IMG/VR virus record: IMGVR_UViG_3300038428_000220
DNA: 20,000 nucleotides
Source: an uncultured virus (IMG/VR IMGVR_UViG_3300038428_000220)
Lineage: Duplodnaviria > Heunggongvirae > Uroviricota > Caudoviricetes
Reading direction: 5' to 3' (one strand)
This document shows, piece after piece, positions 1 through 7,280 of this stretch. The notes below the pieces were generated by a model that did no database searches, had not been told where the DNA came from, and saw nothing but the letters and a program-made list of their open reading frames with translations. The position numbers and the translations under genes are program-made. Within the stretch, counting starts at the first letter, position 1, and every line of letters starts with the position of its first letter.

Positions 1-512
1 ACGGTGGTGAAGCCCCGGATATCGTCAAGCCAACAGGTCGTGGTGCTGCCGGCGTTCAAGTCGGTGCGCACGCGGGAATTCCCGCCCAGGTAGGCGCTAA
101 ACAACTTGTAGCGGCAAATCCGCTCCATGGACTGGGCGGCCTGCACGCCGTTGTTGCGGCTGTTGGCAATCAGCTGGTCGGCAATGCCGGCCAGTTCCTG
201 CTGCATGTTGGTGTCGACGGTGTCGGCGTACGAGGCAATCGTGAAGCTGTACTGCTCGACCGAGAAGGTGGACGACGTCAGGCCGTTGTCCAGGCCAGTG
301 TTGCTGGCCGGCGTCATTGGCGTGGTAACCGGCGTTTTGCGGCCCTTGCGGGTCCGCGTCAGCGTTTCACCGATTCGCGACGGCACAGTCTCCTGCAGGG
401 CCGCGCGCCGATAAGCCAGGATCGAATCCAGGCCTTCCTCAAGTTCGCGCTCCAGGAACCCCTGCTGCAGAATCGCGGCAAGCGCGGCGGGAAAATTGAC
501 GTATGAGCCCAT
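1..512 (-). CDS. Major capsid protein, N-terminal part (truncated by window edge)
   Basis: Manually translated from ATG at 512: MGSYVNFPAALAAILQQGFLERELEEGLDSILAYRRAALQETVPSRIGETLTRTRKGRK...GLDNGLTSSTFSVEQYSFTI...; open to base 1. GGGGGA SD upstream. Follows the scaffold gene. Resembles alphaproteobacterial prophage capsids starting 'NFPAALQPIIQQGFLERE' (from memory). Confidence 0.8.
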   Translation of the reverse strand, partial: MGSYVNFPAALAAILQQGFLERELEEGLDSILAYRRAALQETVPSRIGETLTRTRKGRKTPVTTPMTPASNTGLDNGLTSSTFSVEQYSFTIASYADTVDTNMQQELAGIADQLIANSRNNGVQAAQSMERICRYKLFSAYLGGNSRVRTDLNAGSTTTCWLDDIRGFTT

Positions 513-735
513 GTGGGTCCCCCAAAGCGTGATTGATCGTTCCGGAAGGGACAGCGGCTGTTACCAGCGCGTCATGGGTGCCAGCACCCAGTCCCGACGA
601 TCATTCACGGCACCCAGGGGGGCGGGCGCGTGGGGGACAACGGCGATCTATCGCACGACCAACGTCACAAGGTCGGCCAGTCTCGGCCGGGACCCCAGGT
701 TGCGCGCCTAGCCTGCTAGGCCGCGCGAGTCACGA
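513..735 (-). promoter_or_regulatory. Structured 5' leader of the capsid gene (putative cis-regulatory RNA)
   Basis: Nested stems 517-524/631-638, 528-532/605-609, 534-540/597-603, 548-552/591-595; hairpins at 557-568 (GUAA loop on the mRNA), 575-590, 643-654, 656-675 and 702-726. The outer stem covers the SD. Confidence 0.55.
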
Positions 736-742
736 CACGCAA

Positions 743-772
743 TCTATAGAGCCGATTTAATTCGATTGTCAA
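743..772 (-). promoter_or_regulatory. Sigma70-type promoter for the capsid gene
   Basis: TTGACA (772-767), 17-nt spacer, CTATAG (749-744), in an AT-rich patch just downstream of a terminator. Confidence 0.6.
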
Positions 773-778
773 ATTGTG

Positions 779-818
779 GAAAAGAAAACGGCCACGTCGG
801 GTGTGAACCGGTGGCCGC
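779..818 (-). terminator. Rho-independent terminator after the scaffold gene
   Basis: Minus strand CGGCCAC...GTGGCCG stem followed by TTTTCTTTT. Confidence 0.6.
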
Positions 819-963
819 TTCCTTGACGCTCGCCCTTTGCCCATGTGGGGCCCGACTCGTGCCGGGGACGATACCAGACCTGGCCTGCCGTTTCCATGGC
901 CGCGACCAGAAGCCACCGAAATGGCCGCGTTGTCCGTTGTCGTCGCGGGTGGCTGACACCCGG

Positions 964-1620
964 CTATTGGTTGCCCAGACTGCGCAGCGCGTCCTTTTTT
1001 TGCTGCTCGTATGCGCGCTTGCCCTCGGGCGTCTTTGGGATATCGCGCACGCTTGTCGTCGGCGGCGCGGCCCCAGGCGCTGGTGGCGGCAGCGGCGACC
1101 CGGTACTGGCGCGCACCGGCGCTGCAGCTGGCGCTGCGGCCGGCTTGAACCAATCGGGCTTCTTAGTCTTGCCCGCCGCAATCGCCTCGCTAATGCCGGT
1201 GAACGTGCCGGTGGCCGGGTCGTACGACACGGCCTTTTTATCAATCAGCGGCAGCAGGTCGAGGTCGGTCAGCCCGGCCTGTATGGCCGCGGCCTTAAGC
1301 TCGGCGTCGATCAGCTGCCTGCGCGTCGCCTGCAGTTCGGTGTTGCCGGCCTCGCGCGCGGTACGCTCGCGATTATCCGCCTCGGTCTTGAGTCGCGTGA
1401 TTTCCGCGTTAGCCGCGTCGACCTGTTCCTTGGCGGTACGCGCCTCGACGCGATTTGCCGCAGCCTCGGCGCGTGTGTTCGCAACGGTGTTTTCCAGCAC
1501 GGCAATGCGGTCCTGATCGGTCTGACCAGCTTGCCGCGGGGGTATCGGCGGCGCGACCGGCGGCACAACTGCTGCAGGCGGGGGTGGGGGCGGCGGCGGT
1601 GCATTATGGACGTCAGACAT
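964..1620 (-). CDS. Capsid scaffolding protein
   Basis: Coiled-coil core followed by 'IDAELKAAAIQAGLTDLDLLPLID...KPDWF'; Pro-rich termini; GAGAGG SD; immediately upstream of the capsid gene. Confidence 0.75.
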   Translation of the reverse strand: MSDVHNAPPPPPPPPAAVVPPVAPPIPPRQAGQTDQDRIAVLENTVANTRAEAAANRVEARTAKEQVDAANAEITRLKTEADNRERTAREAGNTELQATRRQLIDAELKAAAIQAGLTDLDLLPLIDKKAVSYDPATGTFTGISEAIAAGKTKKPDWFKPAAAPAAAPVRASTGSPLPPPAPGAAPPTTSVRDIPKTPEGKRAYEQQKKDALRSLGNQ

Positions 1621-1646
1621 TTGGGGCCTCTCTTGGGGTTAAGAGA

Positions 1647-1730
1647 TCATAGATACCGTTTACGCAAAAACCAAGCCAAAATCACCATGCTCGGCGCGCA
1701 GTATATCACGAATGCGTGCCAGATCGTCAT
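1647..1730 (-). CDS. Small hydrophobic peptide (27 aa, single TM plus basic tail)
   Basis: MTIWHAFVIYCAPSMVILAWFLRKRYL; ATGA overlap with the upstream stop at 1727-1730. Confidence 0.45.
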   Translation of the reverse strand: MTIWHAFVIYCAPSMVILAWFLRKRYL

Positions 1731-3034
1731 GCCGCCTTGTCCAGATAGGCCGGGGTGTTGTCGTTCGATGCCGGGTCCAGGTCGCGGTTGAGCAGGTAGG
1801 GGAAATATCCCCACGCGAAGCCGTTGTCTTCGAACGCGATGTACCCGTAGCCATAAATGGCCATGTTGCCTTCGCAGTCCATGATCGGGTCGACGCTGTT
1901 GCGCGGCACCGCCGGCCCAACCATCGTCCAGGTCACGCCCTGGTCGGTGGACCGCCACATTCCATAGCCGGTTAAATCCGTTATGCCTCCACCCCACGAC
2001 ACAACATAAACTGAGGGATAGCTTTGCCCGGACGCGGGCGCACCGAAGCCGACGCACATCGGTTCTTTAATCAATGAACTTGAAATCGTCGCGAAGGTCG
2101 CGCCGCCGTCGGTAGAGTGGAACAGCGAACTTGCCCCCGGATGCACCACCGTGCCGCCCCCAACGAGCCCTCCGGCGATCCATATGTCGTTCGCATTGCT
2201 AGGAGTCGCCTTCAATCTGATTATGTTGAACCCGAAGGCGTGATTGCCCATGAACGTGACGGTGCCGCCGCCGCCCGTCAGCTTGTAAATTCCGCTGCGG
2301 GAACTTGAGGGACTGGTTGCCGAATTGGTAGTGGCGAGGGCGATGTAGAACGTCCCCGCGGTCACGCGGTCCGCTGCGGTGGTGTAGTAGGGCCTATACG
2401 GCTGGATCAGATCGTTGTTGGAGTTCGCGTAGAGCGACACGAACAGGCTGTCCGCGCTTCCGCTGCTGGCCGACGTCGCGGCCGCCAGCAAAGTCACGGT
2501 GCCGGCGGCGCACGAAGACACCACGCCGATAGTCTTGGGCGGGGAATAGGTGTAGTCGAAAATCTCGGCAGTGGGATAAATGCCGGCGCACGAGCCCCCG
2601 CTGATGGTCAGCGTCGTGTCGTGCAGGGCCCACGACGCGCCCGCCGTGACGGACACCGGATCGGCGACGCCGTTGAACAATAAATTGTCGCCGCTCGTAA
2701 CGGTCGCCAGCGAGTTCGCGTTGAGCGTCAGCGTGGTGCTCGCGCAGCTCACTATCTGTCCGATGTTGACGGCGCCGCCGCCCTGAATGTCCCACGCCGT
2801 TTCGCCGGCGACCGCCTTTGAGCAAGACCCGACCGTGAGCGTCGCGCTGCCGCTTGCCGAGGTGGCGCTCGCGGTCGTGGTCGCCGCCAGGCCCGACGTT
2901 GGGGTGGCGGCGGCGAGCGAAACGTGCGTCCACCCCGACCCGCCGGCCCCTACCCCGCCGTTCATGGTATAGAACGGAGCCGACAGGGCGTAGGTCAGAA
3001 GAATGTTCAGCGGCGTGCTGACGGCGAGGGCCAT
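1727..3034 (-). CDS. BNR/Asp-box beta-propeller protein, GH74 xyloglucanase-like C-terminal part (probably 5'-truncated; plausible frame extends to ~3064)
   Basis: Asp-boxes HSTDGGATF and RSTDQGVTW; GFGAPASGQSYPSVY is typical of the GH74 C-terminal propeller. The part of the 599-aa ORF above ~3064 reads as non-coding shadow. No clear SD at 3034. Confidence 0.65.
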   Translation of the reverse strand: MALAVSTPLNILLTYALSAPFYTMNGGVGAGGSGWTHVSLAAATPTSGLAATTTASATSASGSATLTVGSCSKAVAGETAWDIQGGGAVNIGQIVSCASTTLTLNANSLATVTSGDNLLFNGVADPVSVTAGASWALHDTTLTISGGSCAGIYPTAEIFDYTYSPPKTIGVVSSCAAGTVTLLAAATSASSGSADSLFVSLYANSNNDLIQPYRPYYTTAADRVTAGTFYIALATTNSATSPSSSRSGIYKLTGGGGTVTFMGNHAFGFNIIRLKATPSNANDIWIAGGLVGGGTVVHPGASSLFHSTDGGATFATISSSLIKEPMCVGFGAPASGQSYPSVYVVSWGGGITDLTGYGMWRSTDQGVTWTMVGPAVPRNSVDPIMDCEGNMAIYGYGYIAFEDNGFAWGYFPYLLNRDLDPASNDNTPAYLDKAA

Positions 3035-3531
3035 GCCGTATTGAACTTGGTTCGTGAAGTCGACGAGCCGGTCGCGATGCAATGCAGCGTCGTAACGCCG
3101 GTCGGAATCGTGAAAGCAAACCAGCCGCCGCCGGCCGTTATCTCCTGGTCGCTGGTCGTGGCGGCCACGCCATTGACGTTGCAATACATCGGGTTGGCGC
3201 CGACGTTCGACACTACCGTGACCGGGCCAGTCGGCAGCGTGCCGCTGCTGTCGGAGGTCGTGACCGACAGCGGCGTCATGCGCGCGCCGGTCACGCTGGG
3301 CGTAAAGCCGCCAAGGCTTGCCGACAGCGTACCAAACACTGGTATGCCGCCGCCGGCGCATGACGACGTGCCGTCGCTGTTGACGACCGGCACAGCCTTG
3401 CCGGTCGAGTTCAAGCAGTACAGCGACACGCGCGCGGCGGTGCCGTCGTATTTTTGCTGCGCCTGGGCGGGCGCCACGAGGAAAAGCGCGGCGATCGCCG
3501 CACTGACAATGGCAGCCTGTAAGCATTTCAT
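3007..3531 (-). CDS. Signal-peptide-bearing Gly/Ser/Thr-rich beta protein (likely N-terminal part of a broken gene)
   Basis: MKCLQAAIVSAAIAALFLVAPAQA is a Sec-type signal with an AxA site. Sequence quality collapses after IATGSST at ~3060. Confidence 0.6.
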   Translation of the reverse strand: MKCLQAAIVSAAIAALFLVAPAQAQQKYDGTAARVSLYCLNSTGKAVPVVNSDGTSSCAGGGIPVFGTLSASLGGFTPSVTGARMTPLSVTTSDSSGTLPTGPVTVVSNVGANPMYCNVNGVAATTSDQEITAGGGWFAFTIPTGVTTLHCIATGSSTSRTKFNTAWPSPSARR

Positions 3532-3532
3532 T

Positions 3533-4234
3533 TTATGCGGCTCCATTATAGATGGCCGACACGACGGCACCGCCGCCGGTCAGCGTCTTAAGGCGCGCCT
3601 TGATGTACGCCGTAGTAATGCTGACCTGCGTCAGCCCCAGCTCGGTTATGGGCGCCAGCAGCACGCCGTCGGTGCCGGCCGCAATGGTGACCGACTCATT
3701 CGCGCCGCTATTCAGCACTCCGGTCAGCAGCGTCGTATTGGCATTGGGCGGGCTGCTGGGCGTGCCGGGGAATACCGCCGAGGGAAACTGAATCGTTATG
3801 GCGCCCGCCAGATTGGTCGCCGTGATCTGCACGGCCTGCATGCCGGCATCGGCGTTGATTTTGGTCACCAATGCGGCGGCGATGCTGGTGAGACTGTCGC
3901 CGCTGACCACGGTGTGCGTCAGAGTCTTGCTGCCATTCGGCAAATTGGGATTGATAAAATCCAGGCCGACCAGATCGCCCGGTGTCGCCGTGCCGCCGAT
4001 CGTCGCCGTGTAGGTATTAAGCGGCCAGCCCAGCGCGTTGGTGCCGAAAACGTCTATCTCGAGCGTCGAGATTGAACCAAACGCCTCGATTGAGCCGGTC
4101 TTGGCCCAGCCGGACGGAATCCACAGGCCCTCGACCGGCGTTGCCGCGACTGCGTCCAGCAATCGTGCCCTGATGCCGAAAGGACCGCCGAACGGCGCGG
4201 ACTGGTATTCACTGACCGGCTGCGTGCGCAACAT
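3533..4234 (-). CDS. Hypothetical phage structural protein
   Basis: 233 aa, beta-rich; contains 'TATIGGTATPGD...VVSGDSLTSIAAALVTKINA', a module seen in sheath/virion proteins; GGGGA SD. Confidence 0.7.
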   Translation of the reverse strand: MLRTQPVSEYQSAPFGGPFGIRARLLDAVAATPVEGLWIPSGWAKTGSIEAFGSISTLEIDVFGTNALGWPLNTYTATIGGTATPGDLVGLDFINPNLPNGSKTLTHTVVSGDSLTSIAAALVTKINADAGMQAVQITATNLAGAITIQFPSAVFPGTPSSPPNANTTLLTGVLNSGANESVTIAAGTDGVLLAPITELGLTQVSITTAYIKARLKTLTGGGAVVSAIYNGAA

Positions 4235-4253
4235 GGCGTCCCCCAGTTTCGGA

Positions 4254-4478
4254 TTACGATTCGCTCTCTATCACGGCCACGATCTCGTCCTGCGCGACCA
4301 CTTGGCCCAGCTCAATCCTGTGCCGCACCACGCCCGCGCAGGGTGCCACGATGGGCCACAGCGTTTTCATGCACTCGACCTCGACAATCCGATCGCCGGC
4401 CTCAACGCTGGCACCGTCGTCGGCGCAGCGGAGCGCGACGGTCCCGGCAATTTCGGCCCGGCAGTCTGTGGTGCGCAT
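4254..4478 (-). CDS. Stand-alone biotinyl/lipoyl attachment domain protein
   Basis: 74 aa with 'RAEIAGTV...GASVEAGDRIVEVECMKTLWPIVAPCAGVV...GQVV'; E-x-M-K biotinylation motif. Confidence 0.75.
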   Translation of the reverse strand: MRTTDCRAEIAGTVALRCADDGASVEAGDRIVEVECMKTLWPIVAPCAGVVRHRIELGQVVAQDEIVAVIESES

Positions 4479-4548
4479 TCGGCGGGGGACTCGGCTGGCA
4501 GCATGGACTGGTCAGGCCTCGACGGTGATTCGTCGTCTTGGACGCACG

Positions 4549-4872
4549 CTATACCATTTCCTGCGTTTGCTCGCGCCAATTAATCGTCAGGTTGGGCGCC
4601 GCGTCGCGCGCGTCGACCACGGCAATCAGCGCCCCGATGGCGCCGCCGCCCAACCAGAAGCTGCCCGTGAACATGCTGGGCTGCAAAAACAGCAGACGGC
4701 CCAGCGCGTCCTCAAGCTGCACGCGCCCCCAGGCGCCGGCCGCGACAATCTGCACGCTGTAGAGCTCGGCGTGCCGGCGCGCCAGGCGGAAGCGCCCGGC
4801 CGCGGTTATCTTGTGGCTGCGCATGAGGCTGCCCGGGGCCGACGGCGCGTACACGTCGACAAGGTCAAGCAT
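4549..4872 (-). CDS. Hypothetical protein (paralog of 7821-8282)
   Basis: 107-aa beta-rich ORF in the operon direction; shares motifs with 7821-8282. Confidence 0.65.
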   Translation of the reverse strand: MLDLVDVYAPSAPGSLMRSHKITAAGRFRLARRHAELYSVQIVAAGAWGRVQLEDALGRLLFLQPSMFTGSFWLGGGAIGALIAVVDARDAAPNLTINWREQTQEMV

Positions 4873-4901
4873 AGCGTTCTGGGGTTATGTACTTGACTCC
4901 C

Positions 4902-5198
4902 TCACGCCTTTTCCTTGGCGACCAACGACGCCGACACGCTGACGCCGGCCGATATGATGGCGCACCCCGGCGAGCCAAGATTGCCGCTCCAACCAACCGA
5001 GCCGCTGACCGACACATAGAAGTCCTGTTTGTCATTTGGCTCTGGAATAATGTTGACGAAAGCCATCACGGCAGTTCGCGCCTGCATGCGGTCGGCGGCA
5101 TGAATCGGCTGCGACGCCTCCACCTTGTCTAGCTCGGCGTCGACTTTTTTCATCACCTCGCGTTCGGTCGTCCCGCGTACACTGAATGAGTAGGACAT
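4902..5198 (-). CDS. Hypothetical phage protein
   Basis: MSYSFSVRG...; strong AGGAG SD; natural composition. Confidence 0.75.
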   Translation of the reverse strand: MSYSFSVRGTTEREVMKKVDAELDKVEASQPIHAADRMQARTAVMAFVNIIPEPNDKQDFYVSVSGSVGWSGNLGSPGCAIISAGVSVSASLVAKEKA

Positions 5199-5255
5199 TG
5201 ATGTCTCCTGGTGCAGATTTGCCGCAACCGGATGATTGCGGGGCCACCTATTTAA

Positions 5256-5492
5256 TCAGGTGTCGCACGGCTTGTCGATAAACGCTGGCGGTAACTTACG
5301 ACGCCGCGGTCGGAGAGGCCGGCCAAACACTGGCGCAATGCTGCGGTCGTGGCGTTCCATCCTATCCTCGTAGCTTTCCGCACGCACGATCGGCAGCAAA
5401 ATCACCATCGCGGGCTGCTCGCGGCGCACCGCCGGCGCGTAGGACGGCGCCCAGTCTGCAAACTGCACGACGTTACGGGCGCGCTTGCTCAT
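5256..5492 (-). CDS. Hypothetical protein
   Basis: MSKRARNVVQF...; its ATG is the TCAT target next to the IS left end. Confidence 0.6.
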   Translation of the reverse strand: MSKRARNVVQFADWAPSYAPAVRREQPAMVILLPIVRAESYEDRMERHDRSIAPVFGRPLRPRRRKLPPAFIDKPCDT

Positions 5493-5519
5493 CGTGACCT
5501 CGGGCGGAAACCCCGCCGT

Positions 5520-5951
5520 TCACGGCGGGGAGGAAGCCCGTTGAGCTTCCACGTATCGCTTGACCCTCTCAAGCGGAGCGCCACCAGCACTGGCGGCAAA
5601 GTAGGACGGCGACCAAAGAACACCGCGCCAATAACGAGCAGCGATATCCCGACGCTCAAGTCTGAGCAGTCGCGACGATGTTCCCTTGAGGGCGTTAACC
5701 AAGGCGGAAACGGAGTGCTTCGGCGGGTACTCAATAAGCAAGTGAACGTGATCTTTTTCGCCGTCACAGGCGATAAGCACACAATCCATTGCGGCGCAGA
5801 CCTTGCCAAAATGGCCTTTGAGCCAATTGATCGCTGGATCGTCAAGGAGCTTTCGACGATACTTTGTAACAAATACAAGGTGACAGACCAACTTAGTGAC
5901 GGAATGTCTACCCCTACGATATTCTGTCTTGTCCACTTGAAATCCCTCCAC
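5520..5951 (-). CDS. tnpA: IS200/IS605 Y1 HUH transposase
   Basis: HLVFVTKYRR, HUH motif DHVHLL, LWSPSYF, catalytic Tyr in YVEAQ. Confidence 0.95.
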   Translation of the reverse strand: MEGFQVDKTEYRRGRHSVTKLVCHLVFVTKYRRKLLDDPAINWLKGHFGKVCAAMDCVLIACDGEKDHVHLLIEYPPKHSVSALVNALKGTSSRLLRLERRDIAARYWRGVLWSPSYFAASAGGAPLERVKRYVEAQRASSPP

Positions 5952-5971
5952 AGACCAAGTAGATAGTCTGC

Positions 5972-7048
5972 ATGATTTTGACTTTCAAGTACAGGATCAA
6001 GGACGCGACAGTCGGGAAGTATCTCGACAGGCACTCGCGTTCGGTCAATTTTGTTTGGAACTACTGTTGCGAAACCCAGCGTAAGGTTGAAGCCTATTAC
6101 AAGGCAGGCGCACCTAAGCGCCGTTGGCCTTCGCATTTCGATCTCGTCAAGCTGACCACGGGTTGCGCAGCGGAACTTGGCCTGCACTCCGATACGGTCG
6201 GACAAATCTGCAAGCAGTTTGTAATCTCGCGCAACGCGGCCCGACATGCTCCGCGTTTCCGCGCCAGCAGGGGCCCCAAGCGAGCCCTCGGCTGGCTGCC
6301 CTTTATCAAGCGCACCGTGAAACTCGACGGCGCGCACGTTGTCTACCTCAAACGTAAATTCCATTTCTGGAAGTCGCGGGATATCCCCGACGCCATCAAG
6401 ACGGGCTGCTTTACTCAAGACGCCCGTGGTCGCTGGTATGTTTGTTTCCAGTGCGAGGTTGCCGACGATCTGCCAACTGGCAACGGCGAAGTCGGGATTG
6501 ATCTTGGATTGAAGACCCTCGCCACATGCAGCAACGGCGACACTATCTCCGCCTTGCGGCATTATCGCAAATATGAGGCTACGCTCGCCATTGCACAGCG
6601 CGCCGGACATAAGCAGCGCGTCAGGGCTATCCACGCCAAGATAGCGAACGTGCGCAAGGACCAACTTCACAAGGCCAGCAGCAAGATTGCTGCGGAAAAC
6701 CAACTTATCGTTGTCGGCAATGTCAGCGCCGCACAGCTTGCCAAAACGCGAATGGCTAAGTCCGTTCTCGATGCAAGCTGGTCGATGCTGCGGAACATGC
6801 TCGAATATAAAGCCAGCAGGCACCGGGCGCGTTACGTTGAAGCCGATGAGCGTTGGACTTCCCAAGTGTGTTCGTGCTGCGGGACAATTCCCGACAGCAG
6901 TCCGAAAGGTATGGGCGCACTTGGAATAAGACATTGGGTATGCTCAGACTGTGGTTGCTCGCATGATCGCGACGCGAACGCTGCTCGGAACATTCTCCGT
7001 GTCGGGGCGGAACGTCGCCCACCTGTAGAGGAAATCCCCGCCCTTTAG
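5972..7048 (+). CDS. tnpB: RNA-guided endonuclease TnpB
   Basis: RuvC-I GIDLGLK; Zn finger CSCCG...CSDCG; RuvC-III DRDANAARNI; ends in the RE hairpin. Confidence 0.95.
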   Translation: MILTFKYRIKDATVGKYLDRHSRSVNFVWNYCCETQRKVEAYYKAGAPKRRWPSHFDLVKLTTGCAAELGLHSDTVGQICKQFVISRNAARHAPRFRASRGPKRALGWLPFIKRTVKLDGAHVVYLKRKFHFWKSRDIPDAIKTGCFTQDARGRWYVCFQCEVADDLPTGNGEVGIDLGLKTLATCSNGDTISALRHYRKYEATLAIAQRAGHKQRVRAIHAKIANVRKDQLHKASSKIAAENQLIVVGNVSAAQLAKTRMAKSVLDASWSMLRNMLEYKASRHRARYVEADERWTSQVCSCCGTIPDSSPKGMGALGIRHWVCSDCGCSHDRDANAARNILRVGAERRPPVEEIPAL

Positions 7049-7061
7049 GGCGGGGAAGACG

Positions 7062-7280
7062 TTAAGCTGCCCTCGTGTATTCCCACCTAAAGTTGCCGCC
7101 CGGCAGTGGGTGCTTGCTGCGCTTGACGCGGCCAACGGCCGCTAGGTGACGCAGCATGGTGTCGACGCTCTCCGGTGACCAGCAGCCCACGCGCTCCCAT
7201 ATCTCGCGCGCGCCGCGCGGGTGGCTGTCCACCACCGACATAATCTGGTCGAGCGTCGCTGGGCTGAATCCACCAGTCAT
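7062..7280 (-). CDS. Small winged-helix-like protein
   Basis: 'AREIWERVG...SVDTMLRHLAAVGRVKR' wHTH pattern; ATGA-coupled start; stop supplied by the IS right end. Confidence 0.6.
   Translation of the reverse strand: MTGGFSPATLDQIMSVVDSHPRGAREIWERVGCWSPESVDTMLRHLAAVGRVKRSKHPLPGGNFRWEYTRAA

Larger units (their letters stand above)
5493..7065. mobile_element. Complete IS200/IS605-family element (IS605 group, divergent tnpA/tnpB)
   Basis: LE hairpin CCCCGCCG-TTCA-CGGCGGGG (5511-5530); RE hairpin CCCCGCCC-TTTA-GGGCGGGG (7035-7055) followed by ...GACGTTAA. LE boundary fixed by the second copy at 14661; both copies follow TCAT. Confidence 0.9.

Noticed and set aside
528..610. tRNA-like cloverleaf in the capsid leader
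   Set aside because: No T-loop/D-loop consensus or proper anticodon arm.
766..1791. 341-aa plus-strand ORF (and similar ones at 2924-4075, 8594-9316, 12097-12942, 18290-19027)
   Set aside because: Antisense shadows of real minus-strand genes in GC-rich DNA; Arg-rich, no motifs.
3040..3080. Programmed -1 frameshift
   Set aside because: No slippery heptamer; the fused product would still lack much of the propeller, so deletion is more likely.
5489..6934. 481-aa minus-strand ORF across the IS
   Set aside because: Antisense to tnpB and out of frame over tnpA; no recognisable domain.
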